Part shown: piece after piece, positions 56,451 to 64,000 of the stretch | How the letters are laid out: each line of letters opens with the position of its first letter | How positions within the stretch are numbered: position 1 is the first letter of the stretch | Source of the DNA: Candidatus Woykebacteria bacterium RBG_13_40_15 | GTDB taxonomy: Bacteria; Patescibacteriota; Microgenomatia; Woykebacterales; RBG-16-39-9b | Length of the DNA stretch: 64,000 nucleotides | Assembly (NCBI GenBank): GCA_001816655.1 | Contig: MHCP01000028.1 | Coordinates: forward strand, 30,309 to 94,308 | Direction: 5' to 3' | Position numbers and translations under genes: made by a program | Notes under the pieces: generated by a model | Seen by the model: only the letters and a program-made list of their open reading frames with translations | Told to the model about the DNA's origin: nothing | The model's database searches: none

Positions 56451-56906
56451 CTATTTCGGGCAAAGATCGGGGCTTACTTTACGAAAGGATGCCCGTTCTA
56501 GGTCTGTGAGTACTTTGCCATTTCTCAGCACAATGACAAAACAGGCCGCCTGACTAACCATCAGGTCGCCCGAGTCACCGGGCCCCCAAAAGGTTGTCCC
56601 ATATGCCACATCCTCAATCTCGTCGTAGACGGGGGTATACTCAACAGCGTACTCTGGCAGCCAGAAAACGTTACCTGTACGCTCGTTTCTGACCTCAGTA
56701 GAGTAGATCGGTCGAGTGCCACTGTATGCACCGGATGGGGTGGAACCCAGGACTGTGACACGGTCACCGTTCTTGAACTCCGACACGAGTACCCCTTTGT
56801 AGGGGTTTTCCACGGTCCCGTACGTAGATGGAGCGCCGCCTTTACAAGAAACGGCAGCACCCACGAGAATCGTGAGAACAACGATCAAGAACGTAGCTCG
56901 TCTCAT
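56451..56906 (-). CDS. Putative lipoprotein (GC-rich orphan)
   Basis: MRRATFLIVVLTILVGAAVS-C lipobox; GAGGTG SD. Confidence 0.7.
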   Translation of the reverse strand: MRRATFLIVVLTILVGAAVSCKGGAPSTYGTVENPYKGVLVSEFKNGDRVTVLGSTPSGAYSGTRPIYSTEVRNERTGNVFWLPEYAVEYTPVYDEIEDVAYGTTFWGPGDSGDLMVSQAACFVIVLRNGKVLTDLERASFRKVSPDLCPK

Positions 56907-57120
56907 CTCAACACCTCAAATGCCGTCAGAACGCGCTCTTCACGCTCCACTATTTTGGTGGTCTGACTCGCATCAAATAACCCTCAAAAGAGGACTATTT
57001 GACATTAGTCAAATCTTCTGATTTAACAGGAAGATTATACTAAACTATGGGATAAAAGTCAAGATTGGTTGATTATCAAGAAAGATTCCTAAAATCCAAT
57101 TGTTGTAGTAAAATAAACTA

Positions 57121-57885
57121 GTGAAAAGGCTGGCTGTCACATTTATTATTTTCATAATCCTTTTTATCGCTACTCCTGCGAACGCTTCTGAACTTAAAGC
57201 CGAACCAAGAAACTTTCAGTTGCAAGCTATCCCAGGCGATAACTTAGTTGAAAATGTCCTTATCACGAATTTATCAGCTTCAAATAAGACCCTAAAACTT
57301 TCTTGGTCAGTACCAAAAAATAATGGTATTGGCTTTGTTTCATTTGAAAAATCAGATCTGGTTCTCACACCAAATGCGACTAATCCAATCGAAATTGAGT
57401 TCAAAATTCCAAAAGATCTGCAGCCAGCTGATTATTACGGTTCCCTAGTAGCAAAAACTGGCTCTATCGAAGAAAAGAGCGATTTTACTATTAGGATCCT
57501 CGGAACAACAAAAGAGGAAATAGCGGTGGAAAAATTCCATGATAGTGGAAGTAAACTTAATTTTGAAGTTTCCAACAACGGCAATCGGACAATTACCTTA
57601 CAAACAAAAGCTAAAATAGAAGAGCTTTTTGGTTTATTTGGAAAGAACTTGGAAAGCAAAACTGAACTTAAAGCTGGCGAGAAAAAAGAAATTTCGATAG
57701 CTCACAGCAATTTACCACCTGGTTTTTACGGGGCTGATGTTGTACTTTTGTACGGTACCGCTGGGAGGGAACACTTGTTCCCTTATTTTTGGGTAAATCC
57801 TGATTTTGCATTGATAGGTACTTTGCTTTTAGTAATTGTGGTCTTGCTTTATTTCAAATTTAGGAAATCTACTAAACATGATTAA
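57121..57885 (+). CDS. Secreted Ig-like protein with C-terminal TM (DUF916-like)
   Basis: Signal peptide; IP.D..P.DYYG; F.V.N.GN; TM plus basic tail. Confidence 0.65.
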   Translation: MKRLAVTFIIFIILFIATPANASELKAEPRNFQLQAIPGDNLVENVLITNLSASNKTLKLSWSVPKNNGIGFVSFEKSDLVLTPNATNPIEIEFKIPKDLQPADYYGSLVAKTGSIEEKSDFTIRILGTTKEEIAVEKFHDSGSKLNFEVSNNGNRTITLQTKAKIEELFGLFGKNLESKTELKAGEKKEISIAHSNLPPGFYGADVVLLYGTAGREHLFPYFWVNPDFALIGTLLLVIVVLLYFKFRKSTKHD

Positions 57886-58657
57886 AAAACTAACTTGCAG
57901 CTTACTAATAGTTTCACTTAGCTTTGTTTTCTGTTTAGTACAGGCTCGTGCTGCAGATGTAACTGTAACTGGAACCGTCCCCCCAACTACTGTTACCCTT
58001 AGCGGTCGCGCGCCAGCAAGTTCAACAATTACGATCAGGGAGGACGGTAGCGTCGTTGCGACAACGGTGACTTCTGTTGCCGGGACATTTATTAGGACTA
58101 TTACTAGCACTTCAGGATTACATAATTATTCACTCACACTAGTTGACACTGCCGGAAGAAGTACACCAGCAACAAACTTTAATAATATAACCCTACCAGC
58201 CCATGGAGACACACCAATTAGCAACATTCTCATGCCACCTACAATTGCCCTTTCTAAGAACACTATTTACAAAGGGGACTCAACCTTGATTTACGGACAA
58301 GCATCTTCTGGATCAACTGTTCACGTTATTTTAAATGGGTCTCAAAAATTTAGTGGTGTTGTAAGCGGAAGCAGCTGGCAATTTACTCTGAGTTCTGGCT
58401 ACAATTTTGGTAATAATAGTATTTACGCTTATTTGACTAGAGCCGGCTACGCAAATTCCGTAAATAGCTACACTCTCAATTTAAAGGTAAATAATTGCAG
58501 AAGAAGTGATCTAAATTGTGATGGTTTCGTAAATTTAACTGATTTTTCGATCTTGCTCTACCATTGGGGTACCAACCACGCAATTGGTGATATAAATGGT
58601 GATGGAACGGTTGGTTTGATCGATTTTAGTATTATGATGTTTGACTGGACAGGGTAA
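57878..58657 (+). CDS. Secreted Ig-like protein with C-terminal dockerin
   Basis: SDLNCDGFVNLTDFSILLYHW...GDINGDGTVGLIDFSIMMFDW. Confidence 0.8.
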   Translation: MIKKLTCSLLIVSLSFVFCLVQARAADVTVTGTVPPTTVTLSGRAPASSTITIREDGSVVATTVTSVAGTFIRTITSTSGLHNYSLTLVDTAGRSTPATNFNNITLPAHGDTPISNILMPPTIALSKNTIYKGDSTLIYGQASSGSTVHVILNGSQKFSGVVSGSSWQFTLSSGYNFGNNSIYAYLTRAGYANSVNSYTLNLKVNNCRRSDLNCDGFVNLTDFSILLYHWGTNHAIGDINGDGTVGLIDFSIMMFDWTG

Positions 58658-58685
58658 TTCGATCTAAGATTTAAGATGTAAGATA

Positions 58686-58768
58686 TAGAACTCTCCGTAA
58701 CTAAATTCGTTCGCTTTCGCGAAAGTAATTTAGGTACTCTCGAGTTCTGCGACCACTAAAGTGGCCTA
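58686..58768 (-). repeat. Dispersed structured repeat family A, copy 5 (uninterrupted reference copy)
   Basis: Reverse complement of 1546-1565 plus 1638-1700. Confidence 0.9.
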
Positions 58769-58774
58769 AAGATT

Positions 58775-60343
58775 ATGAAAACTGCCAAACTGATTTTAAT
58801 TTTCATTTTTACACTTCAATTTCTGCTGATCCCATTTGTTGCAAAACCGGTCCACGCTGCGACGGCAAGCCTTTTTCTATCTCCTTCATACGGAAGTCAC
58901 TATGTCGGTGAAAAATTTTATGTGATGATTTACGTCTCTGGCGACGCATCAACCAACGCCTATGAAGTCCACATCGGGACTTCAAACATGACCGTTACTG
59001 GTATTTCGACCGGCGGTTCTATTTGCAACCTATATCCAAGCCCACCAAGTTACACAAATTCTTCTGCTTTCTTCCAATGCGGTCTTCCAACCCCTGGATA
59101 CTTAGGATCCTCTGGTTATATTGGAGCAGTTGTTGTGAAAGGAAACTCCCCTGGCACAGGCACTGTTTCTATTCAAGGGGGGTCTAAAATTTTAGCAAAC
59201 GATGGGGCTGGCACAAATATCATTTCGGGCTTAGGCTCTGCCTCCTTTCAGATATTACCGCCACCAACCGCAGCCCCAACTGTAACTTCAAGTACCCACC
59301 CCAATCAAGATAAATGGTATAAAAAATCCGACGTCTCTCTTTCCTGGACAGGCGCGGGAAATAATTTCGTCTACACACTAGATAATTCTCCTGAAACCTC
59401 TCCTGGAACAGGTTCTCCAACACTTGAAAAAAGTAAGACCTATACGGGACTAAAAGACGGAATTTGGTATTTTCATGTGAGAGTCCAAGGGAGCAGCGGC
59501 TGGAGCGAAACAACGCATTTCAGAATCCAAATTGACACAACTCCTCCCCTTCCCTTTAAGCCAGAGGCCGACCCAAAAGAAAATGCCACTAGCCCACCAA
59601 TCATCGCCTTCGCGGCAAAAGATGAAACCTCCGGCGTAGATCATTACGAGATCCGGGTTGATAATAGTGCTTGGGTTGTTGTTTCTGCTCCCTATAAAAT
59701 GGCCAGAATTTCTTCCGGCGAGCACCTAATTGAAATAAAAGCAGTTGATAAAGCGGGAAATGAAAGAATTGGAAGCGTTAAAGTTACGGTAAAGGAAATT
59801 CCCTCACCTGTAATTACCAAACCCACAAATGGAAGTTTTGTTCCGTACACAGATGAGCTTCTAATCCAAGGCCACTCATCTCCAGGGGATAGCGTAGAGA
59901 TATTTTTAGACGGGAAGAAAATTGCAAAAGTGGTAGCTGATAAAAACGGGAACTTTGAATTTACATACAAAGGCTTATTAAAACGCGGTAAACACACAAT
60001 TTACGCGGTTGCCGTCACACCGGCCAATATTGAGTCAAGAAGATCAAAAGAAGTGGTTTTCGCCCTTGATCCTCAAGCGTTTGTTGTAATTGGTTTTGTC
60101 ATACCCGGAGTCGCAATTTTTACCTCTCTGCTAACAGCGATTTTCATATTTGTGTTAATTATTCTCCTTTTGTTCTTTAAATCAAGGAGATTCAAAAAGC
60201 GCCTTCTTATTATTTTGGGACAGCTCGAGAAGGAAGTAGAAAAAGATTTGGAAACCTTCAAAGTCGACCAAAAGGCGGAGAAAAAGGTCGAGGAAGATTT
60301 CGAAAAAGTGGAAGAAGAAATTGCCGGGAAAGAGAAGAAATAG
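58775..60343 (+). CDS. Cohesin-like + Ig-domain protein with C-terminal TM
   Basis: ASLFLSP...GE.F.V.I.V...KILANDG.GTNI; SSTHPNQ.KWY; TM then charged tail. Confidence 0.7.
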   Translation: MKTAKLILIFIFTLQFLLIPFVAKPVHAATASLFLSPSYGSHYVGEKFYVMIYVSGDASTNAYEVHIGTSNMTVTGISTGGSICNLYPSPPSYTNSSAFFQCGLPTPGYLGSSGYIGAVVVKGNSPGTGTVSIQGGSKILANDGAGTNIISGLGSASFQILPPPTAAPTVTSSTHPNQDKWYKKSDVSLSWTGAGNNFVYTLDNSPETSPGTGSPTLEKSKTYTGLKDGIWYFHVRVQGSSGWSETTHFRIQIDTTPPLPFKPEADPKENATSPPIIAFAAKDETSGVDHYEIRVDNSAWVVVSAPYKMARISSGEHLIEIKAVDKAGNERIGSVKVTVKEIPSPVITKPTNGSFVPYTDELLIQGHSSPGDSVEIFLDGKKIAKVVADKNGNFEFTYKGLLKRGKHTIYAVAVTPANIESRRSKEVVFALDPQAFVVIGFVIPGVAIFTSLLTAIFIFVLIILLLFFKSRRFKKRLLIILGQLEKEVEKDLETFKVDQKAEKKVEEDFEKVEEEIAGKEKK

Positions 60344-62224
60344 TTATTCCCTGTGTGCAAACCACCAATCAAAGATTTGTTTGACAACCGGAGCTGATAT
60401 TTCACTGCCGTGCCCTGCATTTTCAACCTGAACAGTTGCTACTATTTTTGCATTTGGATAAGGAGCGTAACCTGTGTACCAAGCGTGTGGTTTTTCTTGT
60501 CCTGATTCCGCACTACCTGTTTTACCTGCAGTTGGAATTTTAAAGCTAGTAAAAAGCCAACCAACGTTTCCATCACCGATTGTGTTTTGGTAAAGACCTT
60601 CCCTAATTGCATCGATAGTTTCCTTTTTCAAAAAATTTTCTTTAATAGCGTTTGGAACGCTACCCTTCAAAATAGTGGGGGTAAGCAACTTTCCACCATT
60701 CGCAAAACAGGCAGTTATCATCGAAAGCTGCAATGGCGTAACAAGTAAGTCTCCCTGGCCGATACTCAAGTTTAAAGTCTCGCCTGGATACCAAGGCTCC
60801 TTTTTCGTCTTCAATTTCCACTCTTCTGTAGGCACAAGACCTGCTTCTTCTCCAGGCAATTCTATCCCAGTAACCCTACCCAAACCAAAGTTTTTAGCCC
60901 AATCTTGAATTGGTTTTTCTCCAGTAATCTGCCCAAGTTTATAGAAAAATGTATCCGTACTGCGAGCGAGGGCTCTAACAATATTAATATCTCCTTCCGT
61001 CCTTCTACTTTCTGCCCAAAGCCAGTTTTGGAAAACATGAGAACCAAGGCTAATGTAACCTGGGTCGTTTATCTTTGTATCTTTTTTAATAGCTCCAGTT
61101 TCTAGACCGGCTGTTCCTGAAACCATCTTAAAGGTAGATCCGGGTGGGTAAGAAGCGCTAATAACTCTATTTAGCAATGGCTTTGCGGAACTATTTGTAA
61201 GAGTCGAATAATCTGCTTCGGTCAAGCCTTTGGCGAACAGATTATCGTCAAATGATGGAATTGAAACCAAAGCCAACACTTCTCCAGTAGAAGAGTCTAA
61301 AACGACAGCCGATCCTCCTTTAGCACCAACGTTTTTCATCTGGGCTAGAAGTGCCTCGCAAACAATTTTTTGTAGATCTATGTCTATACTTAAAGTAATA
61401 TTTTGGCCACTTTTAGCCTCAGTTTTGTAAATCCCCCCTTTTTTCTCACCCTGAGCAGTAACACTAATTAATTCGTAACCATTAATCCCTCGCAGTCTAT
61501 CCTCCATACTTTGTTCAATCCCAAACTTTCCTACCTGATCACCTAAGTTATAGGGAATTGTAATTTTTCTCTCGATGTCTTTTTGATCGGCTTCAGCTGT
61601 GTAACCGAGGAGATGGGCAGTAATTTCCTTGTATGGGTAAGAGCGGATTGGATTTATTTCCAATTGAATGCCTGGAAGACTACCCCCTTCTGCTTCTATA
61701 ACCAAAGCTTTCTCTGCCGGCAAACTCCCCATCAAAGTAACCGGTTTATCATTCGCTTCATTAAACTTTTGGGCCATGTCGCCACTATCACCCAAAATAG
61801 ATAAAAGCTTTGATAAAGCTTGCTCCCTCTTACTTTTTGATAAACCGGAGGGGTCGAAAATCAGTCTGTAACCGGGGGTATTTTGCGCTAAAACACGGCC
61901 GTTTCGGTCAAAAATAGCCCCTCTCGGGGCGTGATTTACAACAAGTTGTATCCTATTACCCTCTGCCCTTCCCAAAAACAAACCGCCACGAATTATTTGA
62001 AGATCGATAGCTCTCGCAAAAAGAACTAGACAGGCGGCGAAAAAGATAAAATAAATTGGAACGAGTCGCCAAGCGGATACTTCAAACTTGCTTTTCTCCT
62101 TCTCTTCGGTCGGGCCTCCCCAACTTTCAGCAAACTTGAGATCTTTTGAACTAACTGAAGCCCTTCTTTTTCTGCTTTTTTCTAATTCTTCCCAAAAAAC
62201 AAGACCGAATTTTTTTGCTTTCAT
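60344..62224 (-). CDS. mrdA: Penicillin-binding protein 2
   Basis: APRG.I.DRNG, YPPGSTFK (SxxK), STD (SxN variant), KTG. Confidence 0.93.
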   Translation of the reverse strand: MKAKKFGLVFWEELEKSRKRRASVSSKDLKFAESWGGPTEEKEKSKFEVSAWRLVPIYFIFFAACLVLFARAIDLQIIRGGLFLGRAEGNRIQLVVNHAPRGAIFDRNGRVLAQNTPGYRLIFDPSGLSKSKREQALSKLLSILGDSGDMAQKFNEANDKPVTLMGSLPAEKALVIEAEGGSLPGIQLEINPIRSYPYKEITAHLLGYTAEADQKDIERKITIPYNLGDQVGKFGIEQSMEDRLRGINGYELISVTAQGEKKGGIYKTEAKSGQNITLSIDIDLQKIVCEALLAQMKNVGAKGGSAVVLDSSTGEVLALVSIPSFDDNLFAKGLTEADYSTLTNSSAKPLLNRVISASYPPGSTFKMVSGTAGLETGAIKKDTKINDPGYISLGSHVFQNWLWAESRRTEGDINIVRALARSTDTFFYKLGQITGEKPIQDWAKNFGLGRVTGIELPGEEAGLVPTEEWKLKTKKEPWYPGETLNLSIGQGDLLVTPLQLSMITACFANGGKLLTPTILKGSVPNAIKENFLKKETIDAIREGLYQNTIGDGNVGWLFTSFKIPTAGKTGSAESGQEKPHAWYTGYAPYPNAKIVATVQVENAGHGSEISAPVVKQIFDWWFAHRE

Positions 62225-62565
62225 AGATTAATTAGTCTTAATGAGGCGACCAGAAAAGCTTCCCAGGAAATTGCGGAAAAAACCAAAAGACTGTAGGCTA
62301 TAAAATTTTTTGATGGCAAAACCGATCTAAGAGCAGCAAAAAGACCAATCGTGAAAGTTGTACTCATTAAAACTAAAAACACCGGAAGATCTGAGATAAT
62401 AGCTAAAACCAAACTAAAGAGGGTAGCAAAAAAAATTAGATGTTTAGTTTTGTTGATATTGAACCAAAATAAAACAACAAAACTACCGATTGGCAAAGCC
62501 AAAATTGAAACTTGAATGAAACTAGCAACAACAATCAAAATGGTAAATAAGATTAGCTCCTTCAT
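62221..62565 (-). CDS. Small membrane protein, MreD-like by position
   Basis: Hydrophobic; between mreC and mrdA. Confidence 0.55.
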   Translation of the reverse strand: MKELILFTILIVVASFIQVSILALPIGSFVVLFWFNINKTKHLIFFATLFSLVLAIISDLPVFLVLMSTTFTIGLFAALRSVLPSKNFIAYSLLVFSAISWEAFLVASLRLINL

Positions 62566-63362
62566 ATTTTTTGCATAATAAAAACAGTTTCCAAATCCTC
62601 AAATGGAACGAGGGGTGAGACTTCAGCATTTTGGAAAATAGCTGACGGGTTTTTGTCTATACTTTTTATTTTCCCAAGCACCAGACCTTTGGGGTATTCG
62701 GCTTCCCCAGAGGAAAAAATGATCTCCCCAACCTGCAAAGTTTCATTTTGGACAACATTTTTTAAAGACATTCTATTGCCAAACTCGCCCTCAAGGATTC
62801 CTCGTGCCCCATTGCTTGTGATAGCTGGTATTTTACTCTCAGGGTCGGTTAACAAAATAACTAGCGACGAAGAATTGTGCGTTGCACTTACTTTACCGAT
62901 TAGGATATTTTTCAGAATTACGAAATTTCCCTCCTCAATGCCATAATTTCTTCCTTTACTTATTAAAATCCTGCTTACGGAAAAAAGTGGGTCTTGACCG
63001 ATTACTGAAGCAACAATTAGTTTGTTTCCAGATATCTTATCTCCAAGCTGCTCCCGCAAAAGCTTATTTTCTACCTCAAGTTTCTTCAAAGAAGCGTTTT
63101 CCGCCAAAAGAAGGCTATTTTCGTATTCCAGGTCGGTTTCCTTTTGTTTCAAGGAGCCAATTTCACTAATTACAGACAAGAAACCCTTTATATCATTGTG
63201 GCTTTTATACAAACTAATTTGAATCGGCGTAGTGATTTTTTGTGTTACATCCGAAACAAATCCCATTATTCCTAAGACATCAAAAATGAAAAAAAGGGCT
63301 ACTAAAGAAAGTAAAATAAGTAATGTTTTTTGTTTTAACAAGGCTCGAAAGTAATTATCCAT
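62562..63362 (-). CDS. mreC: Rod shape-determining protein MreC
   Basis: Coiled coil EN..LR..L; I.KG...GI..G; SSG....YPKGL..G. Confidence 0.9.
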   Translation of the reverse strand: MDNYFRALLKQKTLLILLSLVALFFIFDVLGIMGFVSDVTQKITTPIQISLYKSHNDIKGFLSVISEIGSLKQKETDLEYENSLLLAENASLKKLEVENKLLREQLGDKISGNKLIVASVIGQDPLFSVSRILISKGRNYGIEEGNFVILKNILIGKVSATHNSSSLVILLTDPESKIPAITSNGARGILEGEFGNRMSLKNVVQNETLQVGEIIFSSGEAEYPKGLVLGKIKSIDKNPSAIFQNAEVSPLVPFEDLETVFIMQKI

Positions 63363-63372
63363 TAATCTACAA

Positions 63373-64000
63373 TTACCTCACACTACCAGCAAATATAGCC
63401 TTTTTGAGTAATTTTTTGTCGTTTAAAATTCTAACTGTTCCTCTAACAACAGTGGTCAAGGGTTCCTCAGCTAGAATCACCGGCATTTTGGTTTCTTTGG
63501 CTAATAGTTGTGATAATCCTTTTAACAAGGCTCCCCCTCCGGTTAGGTAAATACCTTTTTCGGAAATATCACTTACAAGTTCCGGTGGTGATTCTTCGAC
63601 AACGTCTTTTATAGCTTCGATTATCGACCGCAAGGTATTGGAAAGAGCCTCTCTAATTTCCGCCGTACTAATAGTTACTTTTGAAGGAAGACCGCTAGCT
63701 AAATCCCTACCCCGTACAGTAATTTTTGATTCTTTACCGACTGGATAAGCTGAACCGGCTGAAATTTTAATTTCTTCAGCAGTACGCGGCCCCAAGAGAA
63801 GATTGTAGCGCATTCGCAAATAGTTAATAATGTCTTCGTCCATTTCGTCTCCTGCTACACGAAGTGATTTACTTACAACTACACCCCCCAAGGAAATCAG
63901 GGCCATCTCAGTAGTTCCCCCACCAATATCCACCACCATATTTCCACTTGGCTCATCGATGGGCAGTTCCGCCCCAAGAGCTGCTGCCATTGGCTCATCT
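63373..64000 (-). CDS. mreB: Rod shape-determining protein MreB, 3' part (5' end outside window)
   Basis: EPMAAALGA, VVDIGGGTTE, GRDL.SGLP, LTGGGALL. Confidence 0.96.
   Translation of the reverse strand, partial: DEPMAAALGAELPIDEPSGNMVVDIGGGTTEMALISLGGVVVSKSLRVAGDEMDEDIINYLRMRYNLLLGPRTAEEIKISAGSAYPVGKESKITVRGRDLASGLPSKVTISTAEIREALSNTLRSIIEAIKDVVEESPPELVSDISEKGIYLTGGGALLKGLSQLLAKETKMPVILAEEPLTTVVRGTVRILNDKKLLKKAIFAGSVR

Overview
This looks like a chromosomal segment of a small-genome bacterium, most consistent with Patescibacteria/CPR (Microgenomates-like). That is an inference from the short EF-Ts, ProRS, YchF and Mfd, the absence of pyrH between tsf and frr, the type IV pilin cluster and the many leaderless genes. 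The housekeeping backbone, almost all on the minus strand, is rpsF-ssb-rpsR, ychF (+), pilin/pilN/pilO genes, cysS, yqeY-recR-ybaB-dnaX, mfd-pth-ybeY-rpsU-HIT-PHP, proS-rseP-frr-tsf-rpsB, thyX plus three dcd/dUTPase paralogs, topA, dprA and mrdA-mreD-mreC-mreB. There is no rRNA, tRNA, CRISPR array, transposase or integrase that I can support. Seven things stand out. (1) A ~570 nt ORF-free, densely base-paired region at 41113-41690 (-) with its own promoter and terminator, a candidate new large ncRNA. (2) A cellulosome-like cohesin/dockerin surface kit (anchor, adaptor, protease and beta-propeller cargo with a shared N-terminal signal) between dprA and topA, plus a second cohesin/dockerin operon. 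(3) Several families of dispersed structured mini-repeats with compensatory base changes, nested in each other and inserted in-frame in mfd and cysS. (4) A T-box riboswitch in front of an orphan Zn-ribbon gene. (5) About 15 GC-rich orphan single-gene cassettes, most with strong SD sites and terminal hairpins. (6) Genes bracketed by duplicated promoter/operator sequences. (7) A stand-alone alphaCTD-like protein paired with a ubiquitin-like protein. All calls come from reading the sequence by eye; no searches or folding programs were run.
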